This document shows positions 52,141-64,000 of a stretch of DNA of 64,000 nt, piece after piece. The translations under genes and the position numbers were made by a program. Numbering within the stretch: position 1 is the first letter of the stretch; each line of letters starts with the position of its first letter. This DNA comes from Phoronis australis (Eukaryota > Animalia > Phoronida), in assembly GCA_002633005.1 (NCBI GenBank), contig NMRA01000135.1, forward strand, positions 590,183 through 654,182. The letters run 5' to 3'. The notes below the pieces were generated by a model that was not told where the DNA came from, ran no database searches, and saw only the letters and a list, made by a program, of their open reading frames with translations.

Positions 52141-52280
52141 GATTGGGGTTATTTATTGGTCAAATATTTTGCAGTCAACGTATGTAGCCAATCAAAGAAT
52201 CACTGGATAGCTAATGATTGAAGCGCGTTACGCGGTGATAAGATTGAGAACTATGTGGGACTTGCGGCAGATTTCATTCA
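52141..52280 (+). promoter_or_regulatory. Putative promoter of the zinc-finger gene
   Basis: Three CCAAT boxes (ATTGG 52142, ATTGG 52155, CCAAT 52188), a GATAAG at about 52237 and an Inr-like TCATTC at 52274, about 600 nt upstream of the coding-exon acceptor. Confidence 0.4.
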
Positions 52281-52886
52281 CAGTGTGTGGAGTTTGCATT
52301 CATACCCGTCTGTTGTTTATTCGTCAAAGCAGGACTTTTGGAATGTTGCCAGTAAACACCAGTTTTGTGTACTGTTGCCTAGGCTACAAACCTGGTCGCC
52401 TCATTTTGGACATTAAGATTCAAGCGTGTGGATGAACTTTGTAGTTACTCTCAGGAATTTTCTCTTTGGAGAACGTTGCTGCTAGTTGTGTCATTCGGTG
52501 TGTTCGTAATCTTTGTTCTCAAGCTTTATGATCTCTAGTCTGCCCTTGAATTTATTTGCATTTTCCATAATCAATATTCGATTGTATTTCGGGTCATCGA
52601 GGATTCAAGTTCAAACAAAACGATTGCCTGAGTTGGTGCTTTTCCATTTTTTAAAAGCTCACTCCATTTCGATTAATGGTCAGAATTTCAACTTGTTGTT
52701 GTTGACGATAGCTTTGTAGTACCATTTATGTTAATAATAAAATAGATTCTAGATATTTTCTGTTGAGAAAGTTAATTTAATAATATTATTATTCCATTAT
52801 ATCGTGTTTTAAATTCAAGAAGTTTGAGAAAGCATGTCTTAGTATTCCGTGCCTGGACTCGTTCTTCTATTGTTATCTTTACAGGC

Positions 52887-54410
52887 ATGGCATCAACAGA
52901 GGTTGGCTCTGTGCCAGTGTCTGAGAAAGCACAGTTTAGCTGCACACTTTGTGACAAAAAGTTCAACTACAAGAACGGACTTAAGAGACACGTGCGGCTG
53001 ACACATGTCGGGGAGAAGCCGTTTGAGTGCAACATATGCAATCGTAGGTTCGGTTACAAACACATTTTGCTTGAACACCAGAATCTCCACTTTGGGAACA
53101 AGCCGTATGCGTGTAATTTGTGCGACAAGCGTTTCGCCGCTCGCTCCAACCTGGTTCAACACCGCGTAGTGCATAAGAAGCCTCTTAGCTGTTACTTGTG
53201 TGGCAAGAGGTTTGACAAAGAAGACCAGCTGAAGAAACACTTGTTTGCGCATCCACAGACGTTCCTCAGTTGTAACTTTTGCACATTCTCTGCAGCTAGT
53301 CAGGGGGACTTGAACAGTCATTTAATGGAGAAGCATCCCCCGCAGGTAATGGACACCCGGGATAAGAGACGGGTGAGTAACGAGACTGCCACGCCAGAGC
53401 ACCATCGTGTGACATCCCCTGGTCTGCGTGTATCAGATACGGCAGCAGCTACCACAGCTCCGTCTGTAGTTACTGTTGCGCATAAAATTGAAGAAATCTG
53501 CAAACAGTTGACTGCCAATGCTGCCCATGAGGCGGCTCTAGCTCCTCAGGTCGACAGTATGGCCTGTGGTATCGTTATCAAAAAGGAAGCCGACTCTGAG
53601 ACATCTCAACCATGCAGTAATCGTAGTCCAATGAACGCGTCTTCTGCTAGTCCTCTCCACGTCCCACTTCCTGAATCTCAACAAAACGGTACTAGTCCTA
53701 GCAGTAGTCCAGCTCGTGCCACTGATCTGCGTATAAACCAGTCGTCAGCACCTAGTAGCACTGTCTATAGTGCATCCCCGTCTGTTTCTAGTGTCACAAC
53801 TATGGCAGCGGCGGTGGCATCAACAGAGAAGACCTCTCTTGGCCTGCCTTCTATTGAGACTTTACTGCAGAGATCTCCCCAGCTGTACAATCGTAACTCT
53901 AGCCTACTGGTGGACACTCACATGCCGCCTCCTAAAGATCCACGTTTTTCTCTTCCATCGCTTGGACTCGGCTCCACCTACATGATGCCAGCGTCCGGTG
54001 ACCCTCATCGCAGCCCTGTCGGTTTCCCAGGGCTCATGCCACTCTCACAGTTCTCCCACACATTGCTACGAATGCCAACGGAGAGCCACGTGGCGTCAAC
54101 CACCGACATAACTAGCTTTTCGCCCAACAGTCTTGGAAGCCCGGGTGCTCAAAGGCCAAAGGAAATGTCCCCTTTACCCTCCAGCTCGGCATATCCTGAA
54201 CTGGAGGAAATATTAAATTATTACGTGTCTCAGGGTCGACTGTTTCGCTGTGAACATTGCCACATCTTGTTCTTTGAACGTAGCATGTATTTTCTACATT
54301 CTTCCCTTCATGGGACCAACAACCCTTGGGAATGCGGTATATGTCACAAGATATGCTCGGACAAGAACGAGTTCACGATTCATTTTGTTAATCAGCAGCA
54401 CACAAATTGA
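52887..54410 (+). CDS. C2H2 zinc-finger transcription factor, Ikaros/Hunchback-like architecture (5 N-terminal fingers + C-terminal dimerisation finger pair), about 507 aa
   Basis: Single long coding exon after acceptor tttacag (exon starts 52885, ATG 52887). Fingers: CTLC..HVRLTH, CNIC..HQNLH, CNLC..HRVVH, CYLC..HLFAH, CNFC..HLMEKH, with GEKPF/GNKPY linkers. Ser/Pro-rich middle. C-terminal FRCEHCHILFFERSMYFLHSSLHGTNNPWECGICHKICSDKNEFTIHFVNQQH matches the Ikaros/Hunchback DZF pattern. An upstream exon could extend the N-terminus. Confidence 0.9.
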   Translation: MASTEVGSVPVSEKAQFSCTLCDKKFNYKNGLKRHVRLTHVGEKPFECNICNRRFGYKHILLEHQNLHFGNKPYACNLCDKRFAARSNLVQHRVVHKKPLSCYLCGKRFDKEDQLKKHLFAHPQTFLSCNFCTFSAASQGDLNSHLMEKHPPQVMDTRDKRRVSNETATPEHHRVTSPGLRVSDTAAATTAPSVVTVAHKIEEICKQLTANAAHEAALAPQVDSMACGIVIKKEADSETSQPCSNRSPMNASSASPLHVPLPESQQNGTSPSSSPARATDLRINQSSAPSSTVYSASPSVSSVTTMAAAVASTEKTSLGLPSIETLLQRSPQLYNRNSSLLVDTHMPPPKDPRFSLPSLGLGSTYMMPASGDPHRSPVGFPGLMPLSQFSHTLLRMPTESHVASTTDITSFSPNSLGSPGAQRPKEMSPLPSSSAYPELEEILNYYVSQGRLFRCEHCHILFFERSMYFLHSSLHGTNNPWECGICHKICSDKNEFTIHFVNQQHTN

Positions 54411-54981
54411 ACCGTAATTTGAACTGCACATAGCAAGTTTTACGTCGTGTCATATCTGGATTTTGTATTTTGTTCGATTGGAATTGTTTGACAAGCACAA
54501 CGGTGTTGTCACTGTGGGGTGCCAGGATGACCTTCACTTATTTGCAGTCATTAATCGTCGATTTGGCTTGAAGCAGCATTAAGGTCACGCTTTCTGTCAA
54601 AAAACAAGTTTTGATTTGGGCAATTCACTGTTATGAAATTGGTTTCAGAGTGTTCTTTAGTCAAAATAAGTGTCGTTTCTGGGCTTGGAAACAAGTGATA
54701 ATTCTTTCTGATCAAACTCATAAATTTTAGGTTAAATTGTGATCTGAATATTATGAGCTTTTTCTGAACAAACAAAGAACTGTCAGTTCTTCCGGTGCCC
54801 AGGGGTCACTTGTACTCTTAGCAAGGAACAATATAAGATTGATTTTGTGATATCAAATCTCAGCTTGTTTTTGTGACATAAGTCACAGGTTTAATGCCAC
54901 TTTAAGTCAATGGGACCAACAGTCCCTGGGGATCAATCCGAAATGGCTGTCAGTTTAGTTGACCATTATAGTGTTGCTATA

Positions 54982-55170
54982 CTTTCACTGTGGCAAAATA
55001 TTTTGGAGCTTTCTTTGTCTAGGATTTTGAAAAATACCTTTCATAGAGTATGTGTGTAAGTAAGACATTTCTATGGCAGTTCACTGTGACAAAATATTTT
55101 TGAGCTTCCTGTCTCTAGGATTTTTGAAAATAGCTCGTGTATAAGAAAGGGGTTTCAGTGGCAGTTCACA
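54982..55170. repeat. Imperfect direct duplication of about 97 bp in the probable 3' UTR of the zinc-finger gene
   Basis: TTCACTGTG.CAAAATATTTT.GAGCTT..T.TCTAGGATTTT at about 54983 and 55079. Confidence 0.6.
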
Positions 55171-56481
55171 TGAACTGACTTTTTAAGTCTGACTGTGTGG
55201 AGGCAATAGCTGTGAAAGTCTTTTCTCAGAGACATCGGTGTATGAGAGGTATGTTTTAGACAGAAGATAGTTCCTATTATACTCTTTCTCAGTGCTGTGA
55301 GGAATAGCAGTGCCAAAGAAGGGTGAATCTGGCTTTTCATTGGCTTATAAACCAAAGTAAAATTTGGTCATTCCCTATTGGTTGAAAATTGAGAAATACT
55401 TCTGTGGCTTGTGCAACAACACCAAGTTCATGGTCTGTGTCTCAATCAAGGTGGTGAGATGCCAAGAATAACGGGCCCGTTCACTTTTGTTTTGTTTTCC
55501 CCAGTCACTGCCATAGATTTTCATGCATGCGCTCTGATGCCCACACATGCAATATTCTGTGTGTCATGCATCATCTGTGAATGTTGCTTCTCCAGAGTTG
55601 GCGCTGTGAAAGAGTGTAAACTTGTATTTTTAGGTATGTTTTGACTCAATACGTTGCCAGTCTGAGCAAATCTTGTTATAGCTTTACTAGTCCGAGAGTA
55701 GATTATCGGTGGTTTTTGCTGGACCTCCTTGTCGGTAGTGTTCGATTGCTTGCCATACACTCTGAAGTAAGAATAGTAAACACATTGATGTCAGTTCGTT
55801 ATTTCAGGCTAGGGTTTGTTTCGGTGATGTGCAATGATCCATGTTCGCTGACATAAATTTCACTGAAACAGGCACAAGCTGCAAGTGATTCCTCGCATCA
55901 GACATGGTTTAGAGTAGTCCTCTGACATTATTCCTTGCTGTTATTTGTTGGATGTTGTTTTACCTGGTCAGGTGATGAACTTTCACTCATCTCTCTCTGT
56001 CAGATCTGTTCGGTGAATTACGTGAATGTGTGGATTTATTTAAACACTTTAGATTTTTTATCACCATTTAGGTTTCTTCTTGCAATTCTTTGTATTTATT
56101 GTAAGTTTTAGTTGCCATTTCATGATTGTTATGGAGGTAATTATTCCAAGTTGTGGTAGTGCAATATGTGCTTTTGTCAATTTCTGTGCAATTTCCAAAA
56201 TGTTGCTATTAGTAATGTTTCGAGGCTAATCTCCGTTCTGAAACATGTGTAAATGATCTTGGAAGTGTGCGTAATTATGATACAACACTTAGTAAAATGT
56301 TAGTTTCCAGAAGTTAGTAAGACCCACTGCTCTAGTTCCGTGCCAATCTTACGAGTTATTGTTTTTACTAAACTGATTTGTTTGAGCTGGCCGTGCTGTT
56401 TGACTAAATAACGAAACCTAGTTGGTATTCAGCGCAACCAGCATATCAAAAATTTTGACTAGTATTTGTTAGGTATTTTAA

Positions 56482-57456
56482 AGACCCGTGCACATGCTAA
56501 TTAGGTCAAACCAAAATCCCCAAATTTCAAGCTGGAATAAATTCAGGTAGCTTTTGTCAATCATCCTGTTGATGCTATCAATGAACTTTGACCTTTTTCA
56601 GATTTAATAAGTAATGCTAACTAAAGAAAACAAATACAAAAGGTTCCATCTCACTACATGAACTTAACGATTTTCATTTCAATGATGGTGTGGCATGGAA
56701 CTTTAAGCTGCATCATAATTGACCCCACGAGTGTGACCTCTGTTGTGTTTCGATTAAACTAGGCTGTGTTCATGGCCAGTGTTAAGCTAGAGTATAGGTA
56801 GATTACTGAGCAATGCTTCAGCTGAAACCTTTGTAGAAAACCTTGTAAATGGATAACGTACAGTGTGTTTAGGTTATATAGGAATAACAGGGATAAAAGA
56901 ACAACTGTAGACATGTCTTGAACACTGAGTGTTCTGCAGGATGCAGGCTTCGTCAGTGATGACAGGTAAAGTGCTACAGAGTGGGGGACAAATGGACTAG
57001 ATATAACGATATGTATTGTTGCAATCTGTAGCAGTGTATTGTGCAGTGTTGGTGAGGAATGCTCCACTTGAAATGTTATGTTTGTCTGCACCTCCAATGT
57101 TCACGTTTTTAACTATATTATAGTTTAATCTGTAAGGACATAACTGTTTACATCTCTCTCACTATATTACTTAGTACACAGCATTTTCATGCCTTTGAGT
57201 GCAAGAGATACATGTTTACTGTAAGAGTTAATAATCTCTAGTTAAAACCCATTTGGTGCCATGATCTCTGAAGACCATTGTTCTGGTTCATGTTTTGGAG
57301 TGGAACCCATAGCTTTGATATTTGAATTCTGCACGTTGACATTACCATAGACATAATAGTCCATTGATTGATTGAAGGATTCACTGTTGCTAACTTGGTT
57401 TTTTCTAGTTTCATCTTTCCGGTTTTGGATTGACCTAATCAGTGCAGCACGGGTCT
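56482..57456. mobile_element. Kolobok-type non-autonomous DNA transposon (TTAA TSD, AG..CT termini)
   Basis: TTAA|AGACCCGTGC..TAATTAGGTCAAACCAAAA at the left and TTTTGGATTGACCTAATC..GCACGGGTCT|TTAA at the right. TTAA at 56478-56481 and 57457-57460. Confidence 0.75.
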
Positions 57457-60400
57457 TTAATAAGTACTTTAAGGCTCTATTGATTTTCTTTCACCTGGCT
57501 AACAAATGAATTGTTGCGTACTAAGCGTCTACTCAATAATGGCCAATAACTATGTCAAGTTGATGTAAAACAATTGCTTGATGACCCAGGCTTGTCCACG
57601 ATACTGAAATGCCTGTAACAGATGAGTATAGCAGTGTTAATGAGTTATGGAACAGTTTAAAGTGCTATGCATTTGATTACTGTTGGCAATGGACATTTAA
57701 GTGTGCCCTGTCACTTACTCCAGCTGACTCCGGTTAACAAGACATTAAGAGATTAAAATTTGCCACGTGCTAATTTTTTCAAACTTCGAAGTTCCTTGTT
57801 CAAAGCATCTATTTGAACCTGGTTTCCGTAAGAAACTTTTGAGTAACTCGTTATTGCTGGAGACCAGAGTAGAGTTCTATAACTGTCTTGCAACAAGAAA
57901 AAATAGCCAAAATCACACGATTTCATTGAAAATTCATGGCATTATCTTTGTGAATCTCGTGAGGACCTGCTTTTTTGGCTAAACACAATTACTGAACTTT
58001 GCTCAAGATCGAGAAGTTGACTTCAAACGACAGGTCATTTATTGCATGGAGTATAGCCTGAAACAGTTATGAACTGTCAGTCCTTTTTGAGCTCACAAAC
58101 TCTTGTCTGAGTAAAGGACAAGATGAGACCTGTTTTGTTGTAAATTGTCAAACGTTGACTTTTTGACCAAATGTGGATTAATACCTGCTTCAAATAGTGT
58201 AGAATCAGTTATGCCACTAGACAACACATCTGGTGAAACAGGACTTGTACGGAGAGTGTGAACATGTTGCCAATGTCAACACTCTCTGGTCTGAATCGAG
58301 AACGTAGCAGATTCTTTAATATGGTGGTACAGTAAAGTCTCGCCAATTTCAGACAAAGTAATGGCCATGTTGGACCTTTTTTCATTGTTCAAAGACTTGA
58401 TATTGCGAGTGCTCACACATTTTTCAACATATTGTCTGGTACTCATCTTGATCATTGAAAAACGTCCTGTTAGCATGATGTAGACTACAAGAGAAATAAG
58501 AGAATTTCACTTGTCTCCCATGCTGTGTCCTAAATTGGCAAGATTTCATATTATTGCCCTCCGACCTTTGACCTAAACATGAGAAATTGTAACATAAAGA
58601 TTAATTTTGGGTCTTCTGTTTGTCAGGGCTTGGAATTTTCCTCTTTTAAGAGATTTCTTCTTTTTTGGTTTCCATTTCCTCTTATTTAATTTTCAGTTTT
58701 CTCTTTGCGTCTTTTTATCATTATTTTGACTTTATTTATGCAAAAAAACTTTATTTCTCTTTTACTACACGAAAAATATTTTTTCACTAACTCAAACCTA
58801 TGTATTTGTGGAACAATACATCACCTGGAAAATTTTCCTCATTTTTGTCATTGGTCATCCTAAGCTCCGGTTTGTCTTAAATTTGTCCAACAGATTTTGC
58901 TCATATTTCTGCAATGCCTTCTGCTGTCGAAAACAAAAACAAAAAAATATAGTGGTGTGGTCAGTTATTTTCATCAACCAATTGCTTAGTCTCAAGAGAT
59001 GAATTTTATCTTTTTATTGACAAACAGATAATCAAGTTCCACGATGTGATTGGTTTTTAATTTGTAATTTTAGAAAAGTGCTGTTGGAGTTTTAATCTTA
59101 GTGCATTTCAATAATTATTAACCTGTCAAGTTACATTGTTTTAAACTGAATTCCAAGTGCATTACCTGAAACTACGTCATTTCACTCTAGTCATCGGGGG
59201 TTAGTAGCATAACATTTATGCTTTTTGTGTTGTTTTCATAATTATAATTTATATAATGAAGAGCTCTATATGTAAAATTTGAGAACAAACATTTGTCATT
59301 GATACATGTCACATTTAGAAATAGAATAAAATTAATGGAAAATTTAATATAATGTGATTCTTTGTAGTTGAACATAGACTGTTATCATGTTGTGCTGGAA
59401 CGTATAGACATTATTATTATTATTATAATGAATGCCGAAACTGCCCTTGTTCCAAATTCCAGGATGAAGAAAATTCCATTTTTGTGGGAGTTTCCAAGTC
59501 CCAAATTCTAGAGATAGTCCAAATTGCAGAAGATTCATCATGCTCTTTAAATGCAAGTGCAATCTTGCAATAATGTGATTTTGCAAAACCGTACCATACA
59601 CACTAGTAGTCTTATTGAATGTACTTTCATGGAACAAAGTGATCCATAATTCACAAGGTGAAAGTCGTGACCTTGACGACTCACGTGACACGGGCATTTT
59701 TTTCAAAAGAGAATTTCACTATGGCACAAAATAGTTATAAACTAGAAAGGATACAAAAACATTAATTACTGTTCATTGGACCATGGCAGTATTTCTCACA
59801 CCTGCCAACCACAAAGTTGCATATTCAGTTTATATCACACTCTCCAATTACTGTGAAAATACACTTAATTTATTTTGTGTGAAATCAGTGGAGAAAAATC
59901 ATAGTTACCAATGGTTACTGAAAACATCACATGGGTAACTTCTGGAAAGTAAAAAACAAAATTCTATTGAAGAAGTTCCATTTATTGTCAAGATTCAATA
60001 TAAAAGTGCTCTGTGAGACGAAACAAAACACTAAGATATTCAAAAATAAAATCATCTGGAAATAAAAAACGAATGAGATGGAGTTCGTCAAAATCAAATA
60101 TAAATATTTTTTATGCTCTTGCAACACTGATCATTGGTTAACCAAGTCACAAATACAATTCCTTCCCAATAGGCAAGATAGAAAAAACACTTGCACAATG
60201 GGAACCAAGTCAATACTGATATAACAAGATAAAGGGGAGTACTTCCCTCACCGTGGTCACCGTGAGCCAGATAAATCCTACTTGGGCCAAAAAAGCATAT
60301 TTGGTTCCGGTCTTTTTTTGACAACCGAGTTGGTGCGATATTTTTCAGTGTTCAGTTTTTCAAAAAAAAATTCACCAGAGGAGCAAAACTGACATAGGAT

Positions 60401-60686
60401 TTTTGTTTTTATGCAACACTTTGTAAATGTTGGCCTTTCAAACCTTTCTTACCATTGGTTACATGCCTCTGTGCAACTTCTCACAGATAAACACGAGACC
60501 TTGGTTGACATTGATGTGGAGAAGTAGTTTTTCGGGGGTTTTTTTGGTCGGTGAACGCAGGTCTCAAATGAGTCGTGGTAGAGACCAGAGCCAACTATGC
60601 TTATTTTGGCCTTAACACCCTTATGAACAGTCCAGGTATATCTTGAGGCTATCATGTGCCACACCAACCTCTGAACACACCCGGAC

Positions 60687-62700
60687 CTACTGACAGAGTG
60701 AGTGAAGATTGCTACGCAGAGCATTAGATGTGTTCAACAGTCGCTGGTTCGTGATATGTCGTAAGCTCCTTCGTACATTAGCTTGGTACCGACCCTGCAG
60801 TTTCATCTTGCTACTGTGAGCCATCTCTTCAGCCTCCTCAAGTGTCTGCCAAGGAATAAGAGACACATTACATGCCGCTACAGTAATGACGTCACATTTA
60901 AACATGCTGAATTTTTGTTTTTTTGCCACTTTTGACTGCTTTGGAATTGCTTGGAATCGAAGAAGTCTTCGCAAAGTTTTGATTTTTTAACATTCTATTT
61001 TCAATCAAAAAATAACCTTTGACAAAATTAAGCGGTCTTACTACCAAAGCTTTCTAGGGAAACCAAACTAGAATTTTCCATGACAATTGCTAGAGACTGC
61101 AAGGACATGAGTCTTAGGGATTTTTTGCACTGGGACTCCAGATCATTATTGGTTTTGATTATTACACACAAAAAATTAGTTTTACTTATATTTTAATTAT
61201 AACTATCTTATTCGTCAAACACAGATCCAGTAACTTAAACAACTGCTGCACATATATATTTACACAAGAAGTTTGCAAAAAAGACTAAATGAGAACATTT
61301 TATTTTAACATTAGGTTGGAAAGAGTTGACTAAATATTCTGGAAAAAGCAAGGCATTTAATATAACTAACAAAAAACAGTCTGACAATTAATTAGAACAC
61401 ATGATTAACTAGCGATGTACAGTTAAAAATTGTTGAAATGATAATCGATATAATATTGATATATTTAACAGTATTTTTATGCAAATATCTACTAGTGTGT
61501 GTGTGTGTGTGTGTGTGCGTGTGTGCGTGTGTGTGTGTGACATCTGCTCCATGTCGTTTTCAAAGTGAAGTTCACTATCAAAAACTGAGAGCCAAACTCA
61601 TATTTCAGACATTCAAAATCAGAAATCCGAACCACATTTTGACTTTGGAACAACTTCGAACCAATTCCATAATGGTAAATGCTCTAACGCGAAAGTTTTT
61701 TTTTTTGCCGGAAGGTAGCTTTATTGCCACTCTAGACTAATACTACGTAGTTAGCTCGGCTGCAAAAAAGGTACTATTTTGAGTGGGGAGTGAGGCTGAA
61801 CCCCAGCTTTAATCCCACATGCCAGAACTTGAATGTGATTGCACAGTACAGGGCTACCGAAGATAACGTGGGGGGAAAGCAATAGCCTTCCCAGCAAGTC
61901 TCTTATTTCTGTTGGTGAATACAGTGTCTTACTCACCGTGGGTTGCTTCGACTTTTGCCTTCCCGATGCTTGCCTGAGGTCAACCACAGTGGCTGTAGGC
62001 ATCTGAGCAGGCCTAGCATTCTCCCAGCCAGCGAGGCAGTGCTGACATATAAAACATAGCAATTACTTCAACAATAAATAGGGATTCAGTATACAGTACT
62101 GACAATCTTCAAGATGTTTAAAAGAATACCAAACCCAGTTTTGTCCTTTTAACAGAAATAAAAAATTACATTCTTATCCAATTCCTTGAATGCGCTGTAA
62201 CCCTCAAAATTTTGAGGATATTTGAGAACTCCTTTCGAAGCCTGCAAAACGGGAAAGTGTGACCCATTGCTTTTAGGGAATTGCAAGGCAACTGTAGAGA
62301 AGTATCACCATCCAAGAACCATAATATCCAATCTGTGACATAAGGAGTATGAGTTTTAGTTGATTCCTGCTTTTGTCTTTCAAAATAGGGAGTATAGAAT
62401 TCTTGGGGACAAGCAATCAGATAGGTAATTTGCATCTTAGGTGGTACTTTAGATAATTTCAGGATGACTTTATTTTGCGGGTCTCAAGAATCATTCATGA
62501 AAAAGATTCCCTTATCTACGTATCAATTCATACATTTTAAAACTTAAAGCCCTTGAATTTTGTACGATGGTTGCTTAGCTATATGCTGCAGTCACACCAT
62601 GCTTTCAATTGTAGTGCGTTCAAGTGACAAACACTTTTATTATATTGTTTGCACATCACCAGGTGCTCTGTGACGTCACCAACAACCATCCCACGATGCA
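60687..62700 (-). pseudogene. Possible fragmented, intron-containing SWIM/YqaJ-type transposon accessory gene
   Basis: Three - strand segments: HLVMC..LKAWCDCS (SWIM-like), GWENARP..TVSKTLYSPT..VIFGSP after a cag acceptor, and TLEEAEEMAH..RHIT after a clean ttccttggcag acceptor. Resemblance is from memory only. Confidence 0.25.
61495..61538. repeat. (GT)n microsatellite
   Basis: gtgtgt.. with two gc interruptions. Confidence 0.95.
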
Positions 62701-63589
62701 TATGAAAAATGACAGCAATGCAGTAGATGAAATCCCCCGAATTCAAACAAAGGTTAAAATTTGACCAACAAAAATCCATGGCTAAAAGTGCAACATAAAA
62801 TGAAAGAAGTCAACACAATTTAACTTGCTATAAATGATCACAGAAACATTTTGTGTTGTACTACATACAATACAAATGAGGTGGCAAAGTGGACAGAAAT
62901 AAGTCATCACAAACCAGCAGATCCAACNGACTGAGTGATGAGGTTTTAATTATGTGCAGTGCTTGTGACCTAGTTCTGAGTGAAATACCCTCCGACTTCA
63001 AGGGGGTAGACATTCCACAGCTCAGCCAGGCCACTAAGCAATTTATTCCATATGGTGCTCAGGGTCGAATGAGTTAAATAAAAAATTGGTGAAGATTCCA
63101 ATGTTTGTAGCTAAGTAATCAGCATATGAACAATGGAAAAAATGACGATTTTGGCAATAAAAATCATTATTTTTGTGCGAAGTAAGAGGAGAATTACTGT
63201 TGTGTGTTCTGGTCTCCAACTGACTCATACTGAAACAGGCATCTCAGTAACGCCCACATGCATCACCTTTACAGAAGTTTTTTTTTTCAAAAGCTGCACA
63301 AACAAATCTCAAGTAATTTTTAAACAAAATGTTTTAACGACGGTCACCTCTTACATGACTTACTTTGACTCACAGTGCTAGCCAGCCCCACTAATTTTAT
63401 TTTTTTAGCCATATACAAAAAATGGATGTTGGTTTAGTTAGCTAACACAGCGAACAGAGATCTCTACAAAAACAAATGCTAACTAAAGGTAACAGAAAAC
63501 CTTAAAAATATGCAAAATTACTAATTGAAAATCTATGAATACACTCTGACCTATGCTATTTGACTTAAGCATTGTACAAAGACCACCAC

Positions 63590-63950
63590 CTGACAAAAAT
63601 TTTTTTAGAATAGGACATGCTATCAAATGAAAGGAAGGTGCATTCTGGGAAACAGTACCTGACAAAACCAGGTGAATATGAAGTGGGCTTCCTGCGAGTG
63701 GCAGCACATATGGGACACAGGCTTTCGCCGCTGCTGTTAGAATTGAGTGGAACTGTGAACAGTCTTGAATTGAGCGCGTACGTGTGGATACCTGAAAGGG
63801 TTGAACAGATTGAAGAGAAACTGTGATGTGTGCCAACCACTGTACAAATTGGGACAATTCAGTTATTGTCAACACAACCTTCACCTTCTTTTAATGCAAG
63901 AAATGAATTAGTTTGACAAGAGAAACTTCATGGGGCGTTTGTGATTTCCC
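63590..63950 (+). pseudogene. Decayed piggyBac-like transposase fragment
   Basis: Across frameshifts it reads DML../MKGRCI../KQYLTKPGEYEVGF../SAYVW../NTTFTF, resembling the piggyBac DDE_Tnp_1_7 motifs DExM.FKGR..KQY.P.KP.KYG.K..Y.W..DNFFTS. Confidence 0.45.
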
Positions 63951-64000
63951 AACCAATTGGAATGTATGTATGTTATTTCGCAACCAATCGAAATGCGCGA

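Noticed and set aside
52893-53518. Antisense ORFs overlapping the zinc-finger gene
   Set aside because: Shadow frames of a GC-richer coding exon with no recognisable motifs.
52887-54410. Calling the zinc-finger gene hunchback or Ikaros
   Set aside because: Only the C-terminal finger pair matches. The DNA-binding fingers differ, so no symbol was assigned.

Overview
Intron-rich, AT-rich animal DNA, probably a marine invertebrate (the repeat families look molluscan/lophotrochozoan, but that is inference). There are single-N assembly gaps at 603, 45586 and 62928. Three protein-coding genes can be built by hand with GT-AG introns and consistent phases. (1) TSG101 (ESCRT-I) on the + strand: 10 coding exons at 15484-22124, first exon not located. 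(2) A complete DISP3/PTCHD2 sterol-sensing-domain RND-family gene on the - strand: 16 coding exons at 27598-47837, about 1269 aa, tail-to-tail with TSG101. (3) A C2H2 zinc-finger gene on the + strand (52887-54410), head-to-head with DISP3, with an Ikaros/Hunchback-type C-terminal dimerisation finger pair but an N-terminal finger cluster matching neither family. The rest is transposon debris: tRNA-derived SINEs, several MITE families, Helentron-associated HINE elements (one carrying a 56-bp satellite), a Kolobok-type TTAA element, and decayed THAP, LINE RT and piggyBac fragments, plus possible Harbinger and SWIM/YqaJ remnants. The most unusual features are a 76-bp intronic repeat that multiplies a TSG101 splice acceptor in register, a triplicated DISP3 splice donor, and a duplicated DISP3 exon that is probably a haplotype artefact at an N gap. 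I found no clear multi-gene novel system, and no computations or database searches were run.
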